A program made the translations under genes and the position numbers. A DNA stretch of 58,848 nucleotides, the filler included, from Platydemus manokwari (Eukaryota), in the NCBI GenBank assembly GCA_037951405.1. It is 5 parts of 5 records of this genome, joined end to end, with 100 filler letters (N's around TTAATTAATTAA, not from the genome) between each part and the next. Parts side by side here need not be neighbours in the genome. Positions count along the whole stretch, not along the records: positions 46,961 to 58,848 come from JBBMOY010412222.1; 4 more parts are not named here. One strand, written 5' to 3'. Under the pieces are notes generated by a model. It saw only the letters and a program-made list of their open reading frames with translations, was not told the DNA's origin and made no database searches. Positions 50,101 to 58,848 of the stretch are shown here, in pieces. How positions within the stretch are numbered: position 1 is the stretch's first letter; each line of letters begins with the position of its first letter.

Positions 50101-53100
50101 AGCCCTGGACCAAATGCTCTTATTCTAGAAGGATCGCTACCTTGAAACACCGGAATTATATACGGACTTTTTGAAAGTGGAATTCCATCATATGTAATGT
50201 CAATTTTATGTTGTCCTAAGTATAAATCATTTGATTTAAACCGTTACATTTCTATGTATAACCTTCTAAAGTGGGTGAATAATTACACGAGTACGTTCCA
50301 TCGCAATTATTTTCAATTGAACATGTCGAACGTTGATTAAACGGATTAGTAATAACAGCTTTCACAGCTCCCTTCCCAACTTGATCAATCGGTTTTGCGT
50401 TTACTGTAAATTTGGCAAAAGAATCTTTATATATGCCTGTTAGTAATTATATTTATTAATTTTGCAGTTTTAGAATTTGTACCAGATGGATCTAATCCTG
50501 GTCCGTAAGCAGTTACTTTAGAAATGTCTCCAATCTTAGATGATGTTTTTGTATCTGGATATATTGTTGCAGTGAAAGGACTGTCTTTAATATGTTCGTC
50601 ATTATATAATACATTGATAATATATGTGCCAGGTTCCTTTGGTAAATAGTTAACATTGCATGTTCCATCTCCATTATCGATATAATCAATCCTTGCTTCC
50701 ATTGGCCCTTCAATTGTCACTCCTAAAGGAGCCGGTGGCTCTTCAGTACTATCAATAACAAAAGAAGCTGGTTTATTAGCAGATCCACTTGTTAAACCTT
50801 CTCCATATGCTATGACATTTGGTTTTCTCAAACCGGCCTTTATTGTTTGAAATAAACCTATATATTTCTTAATCAATCTTACTTTTTCATTAGATTTATG
50901 TATTGGTTTAAGAAATTCTTCGTCAATAACATTTGGTTCTATGTTAACTCCTTGACGATTTGGATTTGAATATGACTTAATGTTGCTCTTTCCTACAGTG
51001 TCAAATTAAGATTTTTGATGAGCTTGTAAAATTATTGAATTCAAAATACCAGTTGCGTAATCAGCATTAATAAATAAAGGCTCATCAACTTCAGGATAGA
51101 CTCTTGAATCGGCTGAATCTGTTGCCATGATTTTATAAGGAGCATTTCCAATCGGAGCACCATTGACTTCAACTGCTACAGTATGCGGTCCAATAGTAGT
51201 AGGAGTAAAACCAATTTTGTAACCGTTAGGTGTTTCTTGCAATTTTACAGGAACTCTTAATCCATTTGGAGCTTTAATAATGACATCTGGTCTCAACTTT
51301 GACCCATCGTTAGGTGTAAGAACATCAAATTCCGCTAGTTTACCAATTGGTGCAACTATTAAAATATTATATCAAAGATAATATTTCCAAAATCATTACC
51401 CTGATTTAAATTATTCACTTTATAATTTTTTGGATCAAAATCACTTTCGATTGGAACTTTAAAAGGACTTTTTGGTATTTCAACATCCGAGAAATAAACT
51501 TGAACGGTGTACTTTGGTCCTGATGTCTTTGGATTATACTTAATTTGAAAAGTTCCATCCCCTCTATCCTCAGTGATAACAGGTACATCCTTCATTTTTT
51601 CATCGAGAACACTTATTCCGATATCTCCTAAAATGTATAAATTTAATCAATATTTTGAGAATAAAGTAGCATACCAAAGCCTGCATTCTTACAGTCAACA
51701 ATGAAATATGTCTCGTGATTTTTCTTTGCACTTTCAATTCCGGGACCATATACTTTAATATTTTCTGCATTTGGTGCTTCTATCACATCAACCTGTACAT
51801 AAATTATTTTATATTCATTAATGTTATTTAGAGACATGAGTTTATTTTTAATGAAAGTAGATTTTTATCAAGAATCTTATCAATGAAAAAATCTTATCAT
51901 CGAATGAATTAGAACTTATAAGACATGCGCTTTAATACTTTATTTGGTTTTCTTAAAACTTTGAATAGTGGTACAAACTTTTAGAGATTTTTCATCGAAA
52001 CAAATTACTTTAAATGGACTATCGGGAATATTCACTCCTCCATATGATATAATTATGGTATGTTTGCCTGGAGTTTTTGGAATATAGTGACATGAGTAGG
52101 TCGAATCATTCTTATCTCGAATTTGAACTGGAATTGATTGACCAGTAACATCAAAACATTCAGCTTTAACTAGTGCAGGAGCTCCAGCATTTTTAGCATT
52201 GACTATAAAATCAGTGGATTTATTAACTTGGACGCCTGATGTTAAACCAGGACCATATGCAATTACCTGAACTTAATCAATAGAGATTTGCATGTATTTT
52301 AGATACTTTTAATGGATCGAACAATTTTGTATCATTCTGTATTTGTGCCATAAATGGTGATTTTGGAATATTTTCATCATCACATAAAATATGTACTGCA
52401 TATTCTCCTGGAACTGTTGGCCAATAAGTAACATTGGCTGAACCATCTCCGTTGTCTACGCAATCTATTTTAGCTTCGCTTGGCCCTTTAATTGAAAATC
52501 CTAAACGATTTTTTAAACCTATTTGATCGGTAAACTAATTTAACCCAATGCACCCGTTTCACCATTTGTTTCAACTTCGAAAAAGGCTGGCTTATTTACG
52601 ATTCCGCCAGTTAGACCTGGCCCATATGCTTTAATCTTAGATTCTTTATAAGGTCCAACTTCAACCTTGAACAAAAATAATTTTTTTCATCAAGAACAAG
52701 AGAAAATACATTAAAGGGACTTTGATGAATAGGATTATTTCCGTATTTTATATCAACAACATAAGGCCCAGGTCTTTGGGGTACGTACGAGCAGTCATAA
52801 AGATGTGGACTAGTTTTTCTTATTTGACATTTTTCCAAAGTTCCTCCTAATATATACATAAAATATAAACAACTAAATCATCCTGATAACCTGGACCATA
52901 TATATCCAGACTTAAGTCACCAAATCCCGCTTCTTCTGTGTGAATTTTAATGTCTGCCAAATCTCGAACTCTTAGCCCTTCGGGTTGAATTCCTCTTCCC
53001 GTAGCATACGCTTGTTTCGAATCACAGCCTTAAATTATTGTATAATTATTGACAGCGAAGTAAATATAAAATATCTCAAATTATTTATTTATATTCTTAC

Positions 53101-55590
53101 TACAATTGAAAAATTAAATTAAAATTAAAATCAAACAAATTCATTGTGTAAATAATTATTTTTCATTGGTAGAACGTGGGATACTACAATGATTAAATTA
53201 CGTCATTAAAAAATTACTGGGAACTTCAAGTACACAGACATGAAAATTTGAGAAACACTGAAATAACAGAATTAATAATGATGTATTATACAAGCAAGTC
53301 TTCTAACAATTTTTTCTTAAATTTATCAACTTTTAGTAATTCTGTTATGTCAGTGTTATACATATGATTAGCTAAACAATCAATAAAAGTGATTTTCCAT
53401 TCCTTTCAAAGCATGTTTGTTCCAATTATATTGATGAATATTTTATAATATATTTTAATACAAATTTAACTGTGTTTTTCAGTTATTTTACACATATAAA
53501 CATTCACAAAGATTATATTTGTTTAAAAAAGAATATTAGGGGTGTGGACTTGCTTTCAGGAGAAATCAAATCAATTAAACTTTTAGAATAAAACATTCAT
53601 CATACATGACTTATTGGTTAAATCATGCATAACTTACTAATAGTTTCTAATTTTAATAACAATTAACAGTAACATAATAAATAATGGATTCATTTACTCG
53701 GTCCCACCATAACACCGTAAGGAGATGAGGGAATTTGATTTCCAGAGAAAAAAACGTTCACTGAGTGCAAACCTTCAACTTTTGGAGTGTATTCAACTAA
53801 ATACTTATCTTCCGATTGTTTAGTAATCTTAGGTCTAATCGAATCTTTTTTCCCAAGAGGATCTAATATAACAAAATCCACTGGACCTGACCCAGCATCT
53901 AAAAAATTTTTAAGATTATCATTAAACTTCTTAAGTATTGACTAACCAGTTGTAAAGACATTGAAAAACGTTCTTCTTCCAACCTCATTCCCTATTGGTT
54001 CAATACCAGGACCAGATGCTATGACTTTATTTGAATCTCCTGCTGCACTTTTGACATTTACTTTAAATGGCGAGTTTGGAATTTCAGCACCAGCAAATTT
54101 TATGATTACTCTGTACTCGCCTTCCATTGTTGGTATATAGCAACAAGAAAAAGCTAGCTCTTTATTGGTATTTTCAACAGATTCGACCTATTTATTAAAA
54201 AAATAATTCATTCCTCAAAATTAAATATTACTGGTTCCCTTTGACCTTTAGGATTCAAAATTATAATATCCAAATTTCCTTTACCGGCATTAAAAGTATC
54301 AACTGTAAATCTTGCAGGTGAGCCAACCATATTTCCATTTAATTCTAAGCCAGGTCCATATGCTCTTACTCTCATTGAATTTGTTTTCGGTCGCAAAGGT
54401 GCATTATAGTTCAATTTAGCATTAGGAAATTGACTTAAATATGTCATCATAGCTTTTTCGTCCACCTTAGGATTGATCATTTCGTGAGGTTGAATCAGCT
54501 GGGCTACATTCAAGTGTTCTTCAGCAGAATCCATAGCTTCTTTAGCATTCTTTAATGACTGTTTAGGATCCCACTGAGACCAATTCGGGCACAAACCAGG
54601 TGCACATGCATCAACTAGAGCTCCTATTGCGGTTCCATCGTTCCAATCAGTCGTAAAATTTTTCACAGGTTTTTGAGGCATTTTAGAATTGATCCAGCCT
54701 AATAATCTTTGCTTTGGTGATGGTCCTTTACCCTGGCCATCCTTAATATCAAGTTTTATAATAAATATATTTATCAGAATTATTTTAATCCTCTAATATA
54801 TTTGCTGCAAAAATTACATTTCTATTATACCATATTAAATTTACTTTGACGTCATTTTATTTTTATTTTAAAAATTCTAGCTTTTTTTAATTAAAATTAT
54901 TTTATTCTATTTTCCACAAATTTTATTATTTGATTTTATTAAATATATATTATAATATATTAAATAATCATTGATTTATAAATTATTTAACATTAAACTT
55001 TATAAAAACTTAAATAATTAGTATAAGTTTTTCGTGAAATTTCTTAATTAAAATATCATGATAAATACCTGTGTATTTGAATCTTCTCCCTCCCATAAAG
55101 GGATGGTGATTGAGTAGTGTAAAATTAAAGTCCATATTAATCCCAAAATCAATTTTAAACGACAGTCACTAATATCAGAGCTATCTATATACAAATATTT
55201 CAATTATTAAAGGATAAATCAAATCATAGTACCAATATTGACTAATCGTAATCCTTCAGATTCTTCTAGAAATCTTAATAGCATGGTAACATTTTCTAAT
55301 TTCTGAGTTCTAAAATTTGGCCTTTTGTGTATATGGCGAAATTTTGAACCAGATAATTCTTGAACAAGATGAATTAATTTGATTCCATCAGCAAGATCAT
55401 ATTGCAAATCTTCAATAAATAGATTTGAAGGTTTCAAATGTTGATTGGCCCATCTAGTAAAGGTATTTTTTTGAATTACTTTCCACTGTGCATCTTCAGC
55501 CAATTCACGTTCAGCCATCTGAATTTCTTCGTCATCTTCATCGACATATCCATCATAATCCTGCTCGTACTCGATCCCGTTATCATACAT
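47184..55590 (-). CDS. FLN: Filamin, 5' part: CH1-CH2 actin-binding domain plus 13 filamin Ig repeats; 3' end cut by the contig boundary
   Basis: [21 protein letters not shown] (CH1), NFTTDWNDG and [14 protein letters not shown] (CH2), and repeated xVxAYGPG...SPF units across many GT-AG exons. ATG at 55590; a probable 58-nt 5'UTR intron at 55606-55663. Confidence 0.97.
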
Positions 55591-58500
55591 TGTCGTTAGT
55601 TGAAACTGAGAACAAATTAAATAATCAGGGTAATTTTTCAAAAAATCAATAAAGGGAACTTACCGAAAAATTTACGAAATTGTAGTCTAAGAATATTTTT
55701 TCATTTCGGACATTTTATAGAACTGGCATACACAAAATACACATATACATCTATTCGCTTGTGCAAAAATCGATATGGGATGATTACTTCAGTCAACATA
55801 ATTTTCTGTTCAGCACTACAAATGCCACATATATATTACTGTTTATATTTGGTGTGTGTTTGCTAACGGTGCATAAGCAATAAATAAAATTTTGTAACAT
55901 ACAATATTCTTAATTTTGATTTTATTTATTTATAGGAATGTGGAGCAATCTAAATATTTAAAACTTCAAAAATGCCCCTTTAAAATTGAAATATTTTTGG
56001 TAATTCTGCGATACTAAGTTAAAACTTTAAACACTTATGTTTTAACTTATTCCAAAAATATAAAATGAAAAAATCAGTAATATCGCAAAATTTAGATATT
56101 TTTGGTATGTAATGTTAAAATTTTTTCGTCAAATAATATGTTACTCTGGAGCATTTTAGAATGCTAATTTAAATGAAATCCTCGTATTTTCTGAATAATT
56201 AAATTGTTTAAGTTGCCTTTAAATTGGGTTGGCAACGAATAAAATTTCAATTTAGTATTAGTTGGTTTGTAATTTGTGACATTCGATTTTTTATTTCGAT
56301 AGGGATAAATATGTTTGATTTAATTAATTATTGACATGGAAATTTATCTAGTATTAGATGGAAGTCTTCATGCCGTCCCATGACTCCTTTAATTCATAAT
56401 CTTAAGATATATCTGAATATGCTAACAAGCTTGTAACCAAAAACAAGCCCATTATAATGAAGATGACTACGTTGTTATACTGTATTTATACGAAATAAAA
56501 AGTGAAGCAATCTACTTAAAATAGAATTGACAAAACCTTACATCATTTTTGCATGGTTGAATTCCATATTGAGCAACCGAAATAATTAAATAAATAATTA
56601 ATGTTATTAAATCAATTTCTTCTGAAAAATATGTCAATAATTATATAATTGCAGAGAACTCAGCTTTGTAATGCAATTTTAATAAAACTTCTTTCGGAAC
56701 AAAATCAGTAGCAAAATTGTGACTAATATTCTTTATTATATTTTAGATTCATTTTAATGAGCTGTAAAAAGTATATTTTTTGTGTATCATAATTTTAATG
56801 AAATTCTTTACCCTTTTAATTTTTCGAGTGATTTTCAATTTTTTTTATTGAAAATGTCATCAAATTATCGAATTTCACGATTTTTCATAAAAAACAATCT
56901 ATTTTTGTGAAATTTTCTAATGATCAAAGAATAAACTATAAGATTTGGTAAGAATGAAAGAAAAATTCCAATCAAAACCCTTAGGCAGGAATTGGAAATT
57001 AATAAAATTAACAATATATAATATGTGAGTTCTTAGCAGAAATTGTTAGTCTTGTGGTCGAGAACGTTTTTATTATCCTTTTCTTCATTCGGGTGCTAAA
57101 CTCACGTGTAATGAAGTGTTGATTCTTATTTGGAGCTTTTTGTGATATTGATAAAAAATCGTACTTTTCAGAGTTTGTTTCTTTGGATAATTAGTTATCG
57201 TAACATTTACAATTTTATCATTAGTATTACTTCTATTTAATACAAACACAGAATCTTAAACATTAATTGCATCATTCACTTTATTCATAAAACTGATTTT
57301 CTAAATTTTTCCAAAATTCTGTACGATATAGGGATTTACATTATAAGTTTTTTTGTGACTTCTTTCTTACTTTCTTGTTATTTTTAACAACGACTGGTAT
57401 CTCATGAGTTTGTTCTGGATAACTGGTCTTTCGAGTTACCTAATTTGGATTCTCTTGTTTATTTTAGCATTCTGAACATAATGTTTCACTAATGCAAGAT
57501 ATATCATCGCGTGTTTGTCATCATTTAATATTGGAATTCAAAATTGTACTCAAATAGGTTAACCATCTACACCTGGGACTGAAATTGCAAACAGGTATTA
57601 AATATACATATATTGTAATTATAATCTCAAAGCCACACTTTTAAAAGCATATTGTCAATATTAGCACTTTAAATATCTCTCGAAAGAATAAAGTCAATTA
57701 ACAATTTACGATGAAATCAGCATCCGAAAGATAATGGCCATAGAATGATCACGCAAAATAATAAAACATTTAAGTTAACACACCATGAAAGACTGGCAGT
57801 TGCTAACGAGATACAACTCATTTTATAGATTCGTCGTTTATGTTTGCCTGTTCCCTAGTAGCTTTACCTTTTTCATTCGCTGAAACCGTGCGAAACTCTT
57901 AATTTATTATTATTCCAGTTTTTTGAATGCATAATCAAGGAATATTAAATATTTGTCACCAAGTTTGCACGCATTGAAAGTGCATAAACATAGATAGAAT
58001 AAAAAATTAAAGTTCGTATACATTTATTATCAATTTTACTATTTCCATAGTTTTGTTGTGGTACTCTATTTATATTTATTTAATCTAATGATAATTATGT
58101 ATCAATATTTAAAAAATAGGTTAGTAAATATTTAATTTTGCTATTTCCAAAATTATATTTGCTATCCTTGAAATATTATCAATGAGAAAGCAAAAATACG
58201 AAATTTTTATAACATTGAACTCTTTATTATGGCTTTGTTAAACTTGGAAATAAGTGTCGTAGCAGTCCGTGCTCGGAGATAACTGTATTCTGATCATCTT
58301 CTATTAAGAGACATTTGGAAACTAACATTAATGAAAAGGTCGAAAGGAGAGAATTGATTTCAAAATAGTCAACCGCTGAAAATCAATCAAATTTATTATT
58401 TACATATGCGAAAAATCCACATATTTTAAGACTATGAAATTTCATATTTGATGGTTAAATATAGAAAACCTTTTTTGATGAAAAAGATTTTAAAGGTTTT

Positions 58501-58848
58501 GTTAAAAGTTTCTCCCAATTTGTTTCGAAATTTAAAAAATAAATAAATAATTATGCAAAGAATCCAATAATTTAAGCTAAACAAAAACTCTGTTAATGGA
58601 AGGATTTTAAAATCCACTGTTAATACTTCATATCATGTTTTGTTAGGATTTTAAAATGAGATTTTTTAAAACACACATTTGTTTAAATAAATGTAGCTTA
58701 AATATAATTTTGCTCCGTGACTTTTCTGTTATTAATATTAGATGTATTAGTATGATTCCGGCTTTTTTTTAAAAAAAAACAAAAACATTTTTTAAAATAT
58801 TTATTTAATGAAATTCAATCAAAATATTTTCCATTTGCAGATATGACA

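Overview
This is very AT-rich eukaryotic genomic DNA, not prokaryotic. It is probably from a planarian flatworm: this is inferred from the many 43-62 nt GT-AG introns, a flatworm-type Cys-loop anion channel and a cecropia-type mariner end. The window is five separate contigs (1-10371, 10472-21300, 21401-37709, 37810-46860, 46961-58848) joined by artificial N44-TTAATTAATTAA-N44 linkers, so adjacency across linkers is not evidence of linkage. Contig 1 holds two tandem Ser/Thr/Asn-rich mucin-like genes. The second can be rebuilt as one gene of at least ~1500 aa with a 133-aa tandem repeat. Contig 2 holds a spliced gene matching AP1AR/Gadkin that the ORF track fragments, plus an intronless GluCl/GlyR-like channel. 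Contig 3 holds one cadherin exon, a prolyl 4-hydroxylase alpha-like gene whose catalytic exons I could not find, Nup88 and several MITEs. Contig 4 is mostly decayed DNA with an RLE-type non-LTR retrotransposon relic and a mariner end. Contig 5 holds the 5' part of filamin, with an unusual inter-repeat insert. I found no CRISPR array, rRNA or tRNA, and no convincing new multi-gene system. The interesting signals are individual genes and repeats. Homology calls rest on motifs recognised from memory, not on database searches.
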